From positions 4,510-68,509 of the forward strand of contig CACIJJ010000004.1 in assembly GCA_902587025.1 (NCBI GenBank): a stretch of DNA of 64,000 bases, given 5' to 3'. A model generated the notes under the pieces. It ran no database searches. It worked only from the letters and a program-made list of their open reading frames with translations, and had not been told where the DNA came from. The translations under genes and the position numbers were made by a program. How positions within the stretch are numbered: the stretch's first letter is position 1; every line of letters begins with the position of its first letter. This DNA is from an uncultured Candidatus Actinomarina sp. (GTDB lineage Bacteria; Actinomycetota; Acidimicrobiia; Actinomarinales; Actinomarinaceae). Below, piece by piece: positions 9,074-18,825 of this stretch.

Positions 9074-10443
9074 TTCTTTCCTTTTTTATTTTTTCGATCC
9101 ATATAGCCCTCAATATTTTTCTGATCATTTCTTTCAATACCAAGAGCACCTGGAGGAACGTCTTTTGTTATAACAGATCCAGCACCTACCATAGCTCCTT
9201 CACCAATGGTCACAGGTGCAACAAGCATGGTATCTGAACCTACAAATGCATTTTTCTTTATTTCAGTTTTATGTTTTTCTTTACCGTCATAATTTACTGT
9301 TATTGCTCCAGCTGAAAAATTAACATCTTCTTCTAATTCTGCGTCTCCGACATAAGCAAGATGAGGTACTTTACTGCCTTTCCCAATTTTTGAATTTTTT
9401 GTTTCTGCAAAAGCTCCGACTTTTACATTTTCATCTAGAATAGATCCTTTTCTTAAATGAGCATAAGGACCAATTGTTGCCTTGCCTTTTATTTCTGCTT
9501 CATCAATTACTGAAAATTGAATTACAGAGCCCTCTCCTATTTTTGAATCATTAATTATCGAGTTTGGTCCTATGACACAATCTTTTTCAATGATTGTTGC
9601 TCCCGTTAAATGACAATTAGCTAAGATTCTTGATCCGGAGGCTATCTTCACAGATTTATCTATATATGTTGAATTAGGATCTTGAAAGTATACACCATTT
9701 TCCATGTGGGATTCAATTAGTTCTTTCCGAAGCGTGTTCTCAACATCATTCAGCTGACTCATGGAATTTATACCTTGTATTGAATCTTCATTTACTTGTA
9801 CTATAACCCTTTCAAGATTGTTTTGAAAAGCTATATTTATTAAATCTGTAAGATAAAACTCTTTTTGATTATTTGAACTTTCTAAACTTCCGATATTTGA
9901 ATTCAAGAAATTTATATCTATGCAATATATTCCAGAATTAATTTCATTGATTTGTTTCTCGGCTTCATTCGCGTCGGATTCTTCAATTATCTTTTCAAAC
10001 TCTTCATTATTTTTTACAATTCTTCCATACCCAAACGGGTTTTTAACTTTTGCTGAAATTAATCCGATTGCAGCTTTATTTTCTATGACATCATTTACTA
10101 ATTTATCTAACTCGTCCTTTCTTATGAGAGGAACATCGCCTGGAATTACTACCAAGTATTGACTGTTATCACTTTCAAACTCGCTGCTTTCTAATAATGT
10201 AGAAATTGCGTGACCTGTACCAAGTTGTTCTTTTTGTACTATCGGAATAAAAGTCTCAAATATGGTTGAGGATACTTTTTCTGATTGATGTCCAACAACT
10301 ACATACTTACTATCAAAATGACTAATTGCTTCTTGAGCGTACTCTATCATTGGAATACCAAGTACGTTATGAAGAACTTTTGGAAGGGAGGACTGCATTC
10401 TTGTCCCCTGACCAGCAGCTAAAATTACACCTGAAATACTCAT
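9070..10443 (-). CDS. glmU: bifunctional UDP-GlcNAc pyrophosphorylase / GlcN-1-P acetyltransferase
   Basis: 457 aa. The N-terminus carries LAAGQGTRM and the C-terminus has left-handed beta-helix hexapeptide repeats. It overlaps prs by an ATGA. Confidence 0.95.
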   Translation of the reverse strand: MSISGVILAAGQGTRMQSSLPKVLHNVLGIPMIEYAQEAISHFDSKYVVVGHQSEKVSSTIFETFIPIVQKEQLGTGHAISTLLESSEFESDNSQYLVVIPGDVPLIRKDELDKLVNDVIENKAAIGLISAKVKNPFGYGRIVKNNEEFEKIIEESDANEAEKQINEINSGIYCIDINFLNSNIGSLESSNNQKEFYLTDLINIAFQNNLERVIVQVNEDSIQGINSMSQLNDVENTLRKELIESHMENGVYFQDPNSTYIDKSVKIASGSRILANCHLTGATIIEKDCVIGPNSIINDSKIGEGSVIQFSVIDEAEIKGKATIGPYAHLRKGSILDENVKVGAFAETKNSKIGKGSKVPHLAYVGDAELEEDVNFSAGAITVNYDGKEKHKTEIKKNAFVGSDTMLVAPVTIGEGAMVGAGSVITKDVPPGALGIERNDQKNIEGYMDRKNKKGKK

Positions 10444-10451
10444 TTAATTTT

Positions 10452-10526
10452 TGGCTGGGGGAGAAGGACTCGAACCCTCAACGTTGGGACCAAAACCCAA
10501 TGTGTTGCCAATTACACCATCCCCCA
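10452..10526 (-). tRNA. tRNA-Gln (anticodon TTG), CCA encoded
   Basis: The minus-strand sequence TGGGGGATGGTGTAATTGGCAACACATTGGGTTTTGGTCCCAACGTTGAGGGTTCGAGTCCTTCTCCCCCAGCCA folds by hand into a cloverleaf. It has a 7-bp acceptor stem, an anticodon stem TTGGG/CCCAA with loop TTTTGGT, and a T-loop TTCGAGT. Confidence 0.9.
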
Positions 10527-10541
10527 ATACTTGTCTTAATT

Positions 10542-11366
10542 CTAATCTGAAATTGTTTCCAAACTAAAATCAATTTTTTTTACTATTTTTACAATTCTAA
10601 ATTGGTTCTCATCTATAAGGTCAAACTTTTTTTGTAAGTTATCCAAAGTGCCAAGACAATACATCGAGCTACCACTCCCCGACAAAAAGAATTCTTCATC
10701 TGTTGATGATTCTAAGTAATCTTTAATTTTTATTAAATTGGGTTCAATTGTTGTTGATGGATTCCAGAAGTCGTTAAATATTTTTATATCTTTATATGTA
10801 TTTACTAAAGTTGAAGTATTTTTTAATCTATCAAATTCTGAAAATGCTTTTGCAGTTGAGACAATTTCATTAGGTACTACAAGCAACATATTCAATTCAA
10901 TATCAATTTTTTTTGGCTCAATAATATCACCAATTCCTGTGACAAACGCTGGTTGTCCATTAATGAAGAAAGGTACGTCACTACCAATTTTTTGAGCAAC
11001 TTCTTTATTGGATGGAATAGATAGGTTATATACTTCTGACAACTTCGACAATAACGCTCCTGCATTAGTACTACCGCCTCCAAGGCCAGATTCAGTTGGA
11101 ATATTCTTAGTTATATTTATTTCAAAATACTTAGAAAAATCATTTATTTCTCTTAATAAGTTTAAAGATTTAGATACAGTATTGTTTTCTGTAATATTCA
11201 TTGAGTCGAAAGAGATAATATCTTTATCATTCTTGATTTCTTTTATTTCAATAACGTCATAAAGATCTATTGGAACGATTAAGGACTCAATTTTATGAAA
11301 TCCATTAACTAATTCGTCTAACACTCTTAGGTTTAGATTTATTTTTCCAAAGGATTTAATTTTCAT
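10542..11366 (-). CDS. ispE: 4-diphosphocytidyl-2-C-methyl-D-erythritol kinase
   Basis: 274 aa. It has the KINLNLRV N-terminus and the GHMP kinase motif GLGGGSTNAGA. Confidence 0.9.
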   Translation of the reverse strand: MKIKSFGKINLNLRVLDELVNGFHKIESLIVPIDLYDVIEIKEIKNDKDIISFDSMNITENNTVSKSLNLLREINDFSKYFEINITKNIPTESGLGGGSTNAGALLSKLSEVYNLSIPSNKEVAQKIGSDVPFFINGQPAFVTGIGDIIEPKKIDIELNMLLVVPNEIVSTAKAFSEFDRLKNTSTLVNTYKDIKIFNDFWNPSTTIEPNLIKIKDYLESSTDEEFFLSGSGSSMYCLGTLDNLQKKFDLIDENQFRIVKIVKKIDFSLETISD

Positions 11367-12154
11367 TGTATCCTTTCTGCGATTGCTAAATAATCTTCAG
11401 GAGTTAACTCTTGTGGTCTTAAATCTAGATTTAACGATAATTTCTCAGCAATATCATCATCAATATATTTACTTAAGGCCGTTTTTATTTTCTTTCTTTT
11501 TTGTTGAAATGCGACTTTTGAGATTTCAAAAGCTTTTAGTCTTAATGCTTCATCAACAAGTGTCTCTCTTTGGATTGTTACAACTGTTGATAAAATTTTT
11601 GGTTTTGGTTCGAAACAGTTTTTACTTACATTGAACTGAATTTTTGTATTAGTAAATAATGAAGCGAGAACAGAAAGAGAGCCATATTGTTTGGTATTTG
11701 GCATTGCTACCATTCTTTCGGCAACTTCATCCTGGAGCATTACAACATATCGATGTATTTGAGGAACTTCGATAATTAGCTTAACCAACAATCTAGTTCC
11801 AATATTATATGGTAGATTACCAACCATAATCCACCAAGGGCCGGATAATTGGTTGTAATCATAATTCATTGCATCCTCATGAATCACCTCTATGTTCGGT
11901 ACATCTCCAAATCTTTCAGAGAGAATATTGACTAATTCTTTATCAATTTCTACAGCTTTAATCCTGTAATTATCCTTAAGTAATTCATTAGTAAGTGATC
12001 CTGTTCCTGGCCCAATTTCTATAATTGGATCAGCTAATTGACCTTGGACAAGTTTCGTAATTTTCCTTGAAATATTTGTATCAATTAAAAAGTTTTGTCC
12101 CAAATTCTTTTTTGGTTTTATATTTAATTTGTTAATCCAAAATACTTCGCTCAA
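11363..12154 (-). CDS. rsmA: 16S rRNA (adenine1518/1519-N6)-dimethyltransferase
   Basis: 263 aa. It has LGQNFL, the SAM motif EIGPGTGSLT and NLPYNI. Confidence 0.9.
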   Translation of the reverse strand: MSEVFWINKLNIKPKKNLGQNFLIDTNISRKITKLVQGQLADPIIEIGPGTGSLTNELLKDNYRIKAVEIDKELVNILSERFGDVPNIEVIHEDAMNYDYNQLSGPWWIMVGNLPYNIGTRLLVKLIIEVPQIHRYVVMLQDEVAERMVAMPNTKQYGSLSVLASLFTNTKIQFNVSKNCFEPKPKILSTVVTIQRETLVDEALRLKAFEISKVAFQQKRKKIKTALSKYIDDDIAEKLSLNLDLRPQELTPEDYLAIAERIQ

Positions 12155-12156
12155 GA

Positions 12157-12924
12157 TTACCTCTTTAATAACTCTCTGGAATTTCTAATTGTAATTTCAG
12201 ATAATTTATTTTCATCTATATCTAATAGACTCGAAATTTTTGATGCTGTGTGCTCAATAAAATTTGGTCTATTATCTTGTCCCTTTAATGGCATAGGTGT
12301 CAAGTATGGTGTGTCTGTTTCTAGTAATAACCTATTTATTGGTATCTCTTGTACAGATAATTGTAAATCTTTTGCAGTTTCATAAGTTACTATTCCAGAA
12401 ATTGAAAAGTAAACATCTAATTCTCTAAATCGTTTTGTCCATTTTCTGCCCCCTGTCCAAGAATGTAAAATAACCGATGATGGGTTGTTAAATTCAACTA
12501 ATAAATCGTAAGTGTCCTGAAAACTATCACGGCAGTGAATAATAATTGGTTTATTTAATTGTTTAGAAAATTCTAAGTGGAACAAAAAGTTTTTTCTCTG
12601 TTCCTCTTTGGTGGACAAATTTCTATAAAAATCAAGTCCTGTTTCCCCAATTAAATCCGCTTCTACAAAAAGCCTTTCAAGATCTTGTTTTTGAGTATCT
12701 AAAAGTTTTGCGTCATGGGGATGCAGACCAGCAGACCAGTAACTTTCTACTTCTAATGATGAACTTATCTCTTTTGCCTTTGAAGATGATTCAACATCAA
12801 CTCCAGGTATTATTAAAAATTCAATATTGTTGTAATGATTTTCGTCCAAATTTTTGTTTAATAATTGTAAATGACAATGAGTATCAACCCATTTGATTTC
12901 CATAAATGATTGCGATTTATTCAC
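12157..12924 (-). CDS. tatD: TatD-family metal-dependent hydrolase
   Basis: 255 aa. It has DTHCHL, EA..IGE.GLD, a HCRD-like IIHCRD motif and ETD.PYL. Confidence 0.85.
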   Translation of the reverse strand: MNKSQSFMEIKWVDTHCHLQLLNKNLDENHYNNIEFLIIPGVDVESSSKAKEISSSLEVESYWSAGLHPHDAKLLDTQKQDLERLFVEADLIGETGLDFYRNLSTKEEQRKNFLFHLEFSKQLNKPIIIHCRDSFQDTYDLLVEFNNPSSVILHSWTGGRKWTKRFRELDVYFSISGIVTYETAKDLQLSVQEIPINRLLLETDTPYLTPMPLKGQDNRPNFIEHTASKISSLLDIDENKLSEITIRNSRELLKR

Positions 12925-12951
12925 TACTATAAGAATAGGAGTATTAAAAAT

Positions 12952-13191
12952 ATGGTCAAAGGTAATAAATCTAAGATAGACAACCTAGGGAGGGTTGTAA
13001 TACCTAAATCTATTCGAAAAGCTCTTAATGTTGAACACAATGATGAAATATCTATGCATGTGGAAAATCAAGCATTAATAATTACAAAAAATAATAACGT
13101 TTGCACAATATGTGTAAAAGAAAAAATTGAAATACAAATTAAAGATAAATATTTATGTAAAAGCTGTGTGGAGACAATTAAAGGTTTTTAA
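12952..13191 (+). CDS. AbrB/SpoVT-type DNA-binding domain fused to a C-terminal CxxC..CxxC zinc ribbon
   Basis: The track ORF starts at 12910. I prefer ATG 12952 because it follows an AGGAG Shine-Dalgarno sequence at 12938..12942. The product is 79 aa, with GRVVIPKSIRKALNVEHNDEISM (a swapped-hairpin AbrB motif) followed by CTIC-x16-CKSC. Confidence 0.6.
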   Translation: MVKGNKSKIDNLGRVVIPKSIRKALNVEHNDEISMHVENQALIITKNNNVCTICVKEKIEIQIKDKYLCKSCVETIKGF

Positions 13192-14020
13192 TTAAATCGT
13201 ATATATTATTAACTTTTTCTTTAGTTATCGATGATATAATTTTTGCAATTTCTCTCTTTGGAACGCTATACTCAATCAACTTTTTCGCTAGATCTTCACT
13301 GTTTATATCAATAGTTTTTATTTTTTGTGATTTATCAATTACGAGTGTTACCTCTCCTTTATATTCAGTATCTGGAATATCTTTTAAAAGGGCCGCAGCA
13401 GTACCCCTATAAATTGTTTCAAATTTTTTCGTAAGCTCTCTGCATACAACTATTTCATTTTCTATGTTTTTATTAACAAATTCCTCGAGGTCTTTCTTTA
13501 ATCTATTTGGAGAAGTAAAACATATTAATGTCAATTGAGTTTCCTGAATATTGTTAAAAAATTCAGCTCTTTCTTTTCCTGATTTTGGAACAAAACCCAA
13601 AAACGTAAATTTTTCTGTATCAAAACCTGACAAAGTCAAAGCAACTAAAACACTTGATGGGCCAGGTATAGATACAATTTCAACGTTACTTTTTATTAAT
13701 TTCTTAACAAGCGTATTGCCAGGATCAGAGATGAGAGGCGTTCCAGCATCTGAAATCATTGCAATCGACTTATCATTGTCTAATAAATTAAGTATCTCAT
13801 CAATTTTTTTTACTTCATTTCCTTTGAAATATGAACGAACTTCTTTTTTTTGGTTCAAATGTGATAGTAATTTTTTTGCTACACGTGTATCTTCAGCATA
13901 AACAATATCTACATCAGATAAAACCTGGACCAATCTTGTTGATATGTCGTTTAAGTTCCCAATGGGAGTTGGACAAATGTAAAAAGTTCCCATTTTAAAA
14001 ACTTGTATTACATTGTTCAC
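13178..14020 (-). CDS. rsmI: 16S rRNA (cytidine1402-2'-O)-methyltransferase
   Basis: 280 aa of the tetrapyrrole-methylase fold. The N-terminus reads FYICPTPIGNLNDIS.R....L..VD.VYAEDTR, with DAGTPLISDPG further on. Confidence 0.85.
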   Translation of the reverse strand: MNNVIQVFKMGTFYICPTPIGNLNDISTRLVQVLSDVDIVYAEDTRVAKKLLSHLNQKKEVRSYFKGNEVKKIDEILNLLDNDKSIAMISDAGTPLISDPGNTLVKKLIKSNVEIVSIPGPSSVLVALTLSGFDTEKFTFLGFVPKSGKERAEFFNNIQETQLTLICFTSPNRLKKDLEEFVNKNIENEIVVCRELTKKFETIYRGTAAALLKDIPDTEYKGEVTLVIDKSQKIKTIDINSEDLAKKLIEYSVPKREIAKIISSITKEKVNNIYDLIKNL

Positions 14021-15386
14021 TAGAACAATTATTTAGAAAAGATACCATGAATTCTATATCGTTTGATAAAGCCAGTCTTAGATAATTTCCATCATTATAA
14101 ATCCAAAAGTTTGTATCACCTTCATATAAAATTCCTTTCCAGCTTGAATTGCTCGAACTTTTAGTAAATCTTGTTTGGAAATCTGCCCAATTTTCGAATG
14201 CATCTGAAATCTCATTCAATTCATTAACATCATCCCCTGATATCTTGACTGTCATAAATAAATCGTTTGAGTCATTAACATAGTCAACCCAAGATCCGCC
14301 ACCCAAACCAATTGCTGCATTAACTGCCTCGTTTTTACCTATTTTGGTTTGGAGCAAATATACCAGGTCTAATGAATCAATTTTTCCTTCGTCAATGACT
14401 GTAAAATTTTCTAATTCTAAAGTTTCAATATCAACATAAATATATGGTTCTTCAGAAAAATATTTTTCTGGTGAGTATATTTGTTCAGCGGTAGGTAATT
14501 TATAAAGAGCTTCATTAAGTGCCTCCATTTTTCCCTTAGAGTGAATCTGTTTACCTAACTTACCTCCAAAATCATAATAAAGATCTAATGGTATATAAAA
14601 ATATTCTGGAAGTGATACCGAGCATCTGAAATTTGGCCGTTCTGAAGCCATTCTTTGCCTATCATAGGAATCTAAATTAGATTCCCAATATGCTTGAACT
14701 AAATCTGCTTGAGCTTCTATGATGGACCTTCTGCCAGGATAATTCATAAAATCATCATTGTCTTTCATAGTTGTATACCATTCAGAAAGATCAACTATTT
14801 GACCTTGAAGCGAATGTACTAATTCATGTACTATCACAGATTGTTCCCAAAGATTCAACTTTGTCTGATTACGTTTTATTGGAACTCGTAATATTTGATC
14901 AAGTAAATTGTATGAACCAGCTGATGCACATCTTTGAAATTCTACTATCAACTCTTTCATTTTTTCAGGAGATGCGTTTGTTAGACCCCACATATTTTCT
15001 GATAACACAGCCCTCTCCCACTCTCCTTCTTCATAATCTTTTTCAAAATCGTCAAGATAAGAGGCGGCACTATAATCTCTGTACCCATCTAATGTATACA
15101 AATTAAATTTTGGATATTCTGAGTAAGACAAGCCTGTTCGTTTTTCAACAAACGCAATAAGTTCATCAAATTGCTGTTTCATTTCTGGGCTTACGTCAAG
15201 CAGTTCGATTCCAAATTCATCGACGACAATTTCCTCATCAATGTTTGGAACTGTTGTAGTAGTGGAAGATGTTGTAGTTGAGCTAGTCGTTGTCGAAGTT
15301 TCAAGAACTTCTGGCTCAGCTTCAGTATCTAAATTGCAGCTAGAAACTAAGCATAAAACAATTAAATAATTTATATATTTTCTCAT
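13995..15386 (-). CDS. putative lipoprotein with an HExxH zinc-protease motif
   Basis: 463 aa. It has a signal peptide with lipobox LVSSC, a Thr/Ser linker (TSTTTSSTTTSSTTTTVP), and VIVHELVHSLQG. I did not recognise a family. Confidence 0.55.
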   Translation of the reverse strand: MRKYINYLIVLCLVSSCNLDTEAEPEVLETSTTTSSTTTSSTTTTVPNIDEEIVVDEFGIELLDVSPEMKQQFDELIAFVEKRTGLSYSEYPKFNLYTLDGYRDYSAASYLDDFEKDYEEGEWERAVLSENMWGLTNASPEKMKELIVEFQRCASAGSYNLLDQILRVPIKRNQTKLNLWEQSVIVHELVHSLQGQIVDLSEWYTTMKDNDDFMNYPGRRSIIEAQADLVQAYWESNLDSYDRQRMASERPNFRCSVSLPEYFYIPLDLYYDFGGKLGKQIHSKGKMEALNEALYKLPTAEQIYSPEKYFSEEPYIYVDIETLELENFTVIDEGKIDSLDLVYLLQTKIGKNEAVNAAIGLGGGSWVDYVNDSNDLFMTVKISGDDVNELNEISDAFENWADFQTRFTKSSSNSSWKGILYEGDTNFWIYNDGNYLRLALSNDIEFMVSFLNNCSSEQCNTSF

Positions 15387-15439
15387 AGGACTTAAGAATA
15401 ATTGTAATCTTAACTATTGAGATACAAATAGGAGGATTC

Positions 15440-15847
15440 ATGGTAAAAGAGTTTAGAAATTTTATCAATAGAGGAAATGTAGTTGAACTTGGGGTTGCAT
15501 TTGTTATGGGTGCATCATTCAAATCATTAGTAGATGTATTTACTAAAAGGTTGATAGAGCCATTAATTGGATTAATTATTAATCTTCCAAACTTAGACAA
15601 TCTTGGACTTTTTGGTGATGTTGATCCAAATTCAGGATTGCAATCAGGTAGCTTTGGAGCTTTTTTAGCTGAGATAATCAACTATCTCATAATTGCATTT
15701 GTAATGTTTTTGGTAATCAAAGCATACAATCATTTTGAAGACATGGTTGATGATGAAGAGAATGAAGAAGTTGTTGCAACAGAATCAAAGGAAGTCACGC
15801 TTTTGAAAGAAATAAGGGATGGAATAAATAACCTTCAAACAAAGTAA
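15440..15847 (+). CDS. mscL: large-conductance mechanosensitive channel
   Basis: 135 aa. The N-terminus F.NFI.RGNVVELGVAFVMGASF is diagnostic of MscL. An AGGAGG Shine-Dalgarno sequence lies upstream. Confidence 0.9.
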   Translation: MVKEFRNFINRGNVVELGVAFVMGASFKSLVDVFTKRLIEPLIGLIINLPNLDNLGLFGDVDPNSGLQSGSFGAFLAEIINYLIIAFVMFLVIKAYNHFEDMVDDEENEEVVATESKEVTLLKEIRDGINNLQTK

Positions 15848-15853
15848 CATTGA

Positions 15854-17626
15854 TTGATAATGAAACAAAATAATTTTAAAGATCTCTATAAATATGCCCA
15901 AGAGAACGAAGCAAAAGTTAAAAGAGGAATAATTTACTCAGTTCTAAATAAATTATTTGATCTCGCTCCTCCCGTTTTAATTGGTATTGCTATAGATATT
16001 GTTGTTGAGGGATCAGAATCTTTTATCGGAAATTTTGGATTTGAGGACAGAAGACAGCAATTAATTATTCTTGCTTTTATTACGTTTGTAATTTGGGGCT
16101 TTGAATCAATCTTTGACTATGTTGCTGCAGTTACATGGAGAAATATAGCTCAAGACCTTCAACACTCAATGCGAACAGAGACGTTTAAGAAGACATTAAA
16201 TTTAGATTTATCTTTTTTTGAAAATAAATCATCGGGAAGGTTGATGGCAATACTTAACGATGATGTTAATCAAATGGAGAATTTTTTAAATGAGGCTGCA
16301 AATAGATTGATTCAAACAGCGACAACAGTAATTGTCATTGGTGCAACGTTTCTCTACATTTCTCCTCTTGTTGCAATATTTGCTTTCATTCCAATTCCAG
16401 TAATCGTTTTTGGTTCCTATAAGTTTGTTCAAAGAATTGGAGAAAGATATTCAAAAATAAGAAATAATGTTGAATCACTTAATGCACATTTGTCTAATTC
16501 CATTACTGGAATCTTGACAGTTAAAAGTTTCAATCGAGAGAAAAAAGAATATAAAAGAATAGATTCAGCTTCAAATGAAGTTAAAACTTCAAATTATGAT
16601 GCTATAAAGTTATCAGCTGCATTTATACCAATAATAAGAGTGGCTATATTATTTGGTTTTACAGCAACACTATTAATTGGTGGTTTTCTAGCACTAGACG
16701 GTCAGATAAAAGTTGGTATGTATTCAGTTATGCTTTTCATTACTCAAAGATTGCTTTGGCCTCTTACAGAATTAGGTATAATTTTTGACTCATTTCAAAA
16801 AGCTATGGCATCTTTCAGAAGAATAATGAATCTAAGAGATACAAATCCAACCATTGATGATGGTGAGACAGAATTATTAGAGCTTAGATATAAAATTAGC
16901 CTTGAAAATTTAAATTTTGAATATGTAAAAGATTTTCCGGTCTTAAAAAACATAAATATCGAAATTGAAAAGGGTAAAACAACTGCAATAGTTGGTAGTA
17001 CAGGATCAGGTAAATCAACTTTGATAAAATTAATTTTAAGATTTTATGAAAAGAATTCTGGAAAAATTTTATTTGATGAACATGAAATAGAATCATTGTC
17101 GTTAGAAAGCATAAGAAACAAAATTGGGCTTGTAAGCCAAGATGTATTTCTTTTCGAGGGAAGTGTCTTTGAAAATATTGCATATGGAAATGTCGAAGCA
17201 AACAGTGAGGAAGTTTGGAATGCAGCACGGCTTTCAGAGTCAGATAGATTTATCAATGATCTTCCAAATAAAGAAGATACAATTGTTGGGGAAAGAGGTC
17301 AAAAGCTTTCAGGTGGGCAAAGGCAAAGAATTTCAATTGCCAGGGCAATCCTTAAAAACCCAGAGATACTTATTCTTGATGAAGCAACATCAGCAGTAGA
17401 TAATGAAACTGAAGCAGCAATACAAGAATCACTCGAAACTTTAAAAGAAGGTAGAACTGTTATTGCAATTGCTCACAGACTTTCAACCATAAGAAATGCT
17501 GATTTAATTTATGTGTTAGAAGATGGTGAGATAGTTGAGAATGGAACACATGATCAACTTTTAGGAAATAATAATGTTTACGCTAATCTATGGGATGTTC
17601 AAACAGGAAAAACTAAAAAATATTAA
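15854..17626 (+). CDS. ABC exporter with fused permease and ATPase, MsbA/multidrug type
   Basis: 590 aa. The N-terminal half has six transmembrane helices. It has Walker A GSTGSGKST, the signature LSGGQRQR and Walker B ILILDEATS. Confidence 0.85.
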   Translation: MIMKQNNFKDLYKYAQENEAKVKRGIIYSVLNKLFDLAPPVLIGIAIDIVVEGSESFIGNFGFEDRRQQLIILAFITFVIWGFESIFDYVAAVTWRNIAQDLQHSMRTETFKKTLNLDLSFFENKSSGRLMAILNDDVNQMENFLNEAANRLIQTATTVIVIGATFLYISPLVAIFAFIPIPVIVFGSYKFVQRIGERYSKIRNNVESLNAHLSNSITGILTVKSFNREKKEYKRIDSASNEVKTSNYDAIKLSAAFIPIIRVAILFGFTATLLIGGFLALDGQIKVGMYSVMLFITQRLLWPLTELGIIFDSFQKAMASFRRIMNLRDTNPTIDDGETELLELRYKISLENLNFEYVKDFPVLKNINIEIEKGKTTAIVGSTGSGKSTLIKLILRFYEKNSGKILFDEHEIESLSLESIRNKIGLVSQDVFLFEGSVFENIAYGNVEANSEEVWNAARLSESDRFINDLPNKEDTIVGERGQKLSGGQRQRISIARAILKNPEILILDEATSAVDNETEAAIQESLETLKEGRTVIAIAHRLSTIRNADLIYVLEDGEIVENGTHDQLLGNNNVYANLWDVQTGKTKKY

Positions 17627-18810
17627 TTCAATATTTTAGATGCTATTGATTCACCAATTGCTAAAGAAGCTGTTGCTGCTGGACTTGGAGAGTTCAATAC
17701 ATGTAAGGAACTTGTTCCCTCTTCGAAAAGAAAATCATCAAGTAAATTTCCTTCTTGATCAACTGCCTGAGCACGTACTCCTGATGGAATTTGAGTAATA
17801 TCTTCTGAACTAACACCGTTAATTAATTTTTGAATCTCTTTAACAAATACTTTTTTATTTAAAGATCTATACATTTCAGACAAACCTGTTTTCAAATATT
17901 TTTTTCCGAGCTTAATCATGCCTGGATAGGTTAGAACTTTTGTTAAGTCGATAAAATTAATATCTGTCCACTTATAACCCTCTTTTGAAAAAGCCAAAAC
18001 GGCATTTGGACCCGCCTCAACATCTCCATTAGCCGTTTTAGTTAAGTGAATACCTAAAAATGGTAGATCTGGGTCAGCTAGAGGATAAATCATATTGTTT
18101 AGAATTGAATTCTTTGTATTTCTAATTTTGTAATACTCACCTCTAAATGGAATAATCTTAACATTTGGAGACATACCATCCATTTTTGCTATCTCGTCTG
18201 AAAAAAGACCTGCACAATTTATTAAAAATTCGCAGGTAAAAGAATTGTTTTTACTTATTATTTTTTTTACATAATTTACATTTTCTATTTCTATAATTTC
18301 TTCAATATATTGAATTTCTCCACCTAAATCGACAAATTCATCTGCATAGGTTCTTACAACTTCTCCATAATCTACGACACCAGCCTGAGGTACAAATAAT
18401 CCTTTTTTCATTACAGAATTTGGTTCGATAGACAACAAATCATCATTTTGAACGATATCTACTCCATCCATCTCAAGTTCTTTACTTCGACTTTGTAAAT
18501 TTTCTAATTTATCTAAATCATTATCAACAACTACTTTTCCTTCTTGACGATAATTGATACCTTTTTCATTTAAATATTGAATAAGAAGATTCCTACCTCT
18601 TATTGAAAGTTCAGATTTGAAAGAATTTGGCTTGTAATAAATTCCGGAATGAATTACTCCTGAATTCCTCCCAGATTGATGAAGACCGGGTTTTTTTTCT
18701 TTTTCAAGAACTAAAACACTTTTATTTTGTCTTTGTAAGTGAAGAGCGGTAGACAGCCCTACAATGCCAGCTCCAATTATTGCAAAATCATAGGTATTTT
18801 TTTTACTCAT
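17623..18810 (-). CDS. lhgO: FAD-dependent L-2-hydroxyglutarate oxidase/dehydrogenase-like protein
   Basis: 395 aa. It has GAGIVGLSTA and the LhgO-like motif HQSGRNSGVIHSGIYYKP. Confidence 0.7.
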   Translation of the reverse strand: MSKKNTYDFAIIGAGIVGLSTALHLQRQNKSVLVLEKEKKPGLHQSGRNSGVIHSGIYYKPNSFKSELSIRGRNLLIQYLNEKGINYRQEGKVVVDNDLDKLENLQSRSKELEMDGVDIVQNDDLLSIEPNSVMKKGLFVPQAGVVDYGEVVRTYADEFVDLGGEIQYIEEIIEIENVNYVKKIISKNNSFTCEFLINCAGLFSDEIAKMDGMSPNVKIIPFRGEYYKIRNTKNSILNNMIYPLADPDLPFLGIHLTKTANGDVEAGPNAVLAFSKEGYKWTDINFIDLTKVLTYPGMIKLGKKYLKTGLSEMYRSLNKKVFVKEIQKLINGVSSEDITQIPSGVRAQAVDQEGNLLDDFLFEEGTSSLHVLNSPSPAATASLAIGESIASKILN

Positions 18811-18825
18811 TCTATTTTATTATAG

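Noticed and set aside
15340-15681. Long antisense ORFs in the track: 15340..15681, 39657..40091, 47119..47553, 52688..53137, 60860..61372, and the many 60-110 aa ORFs inside larger genes.
   Set aside because: Each lies entirely within a gene that has clear family motifs on the opposite strand or in another frame. Their products are low-complexity with no recognisable motifs. I treated them as shadow ORFs.
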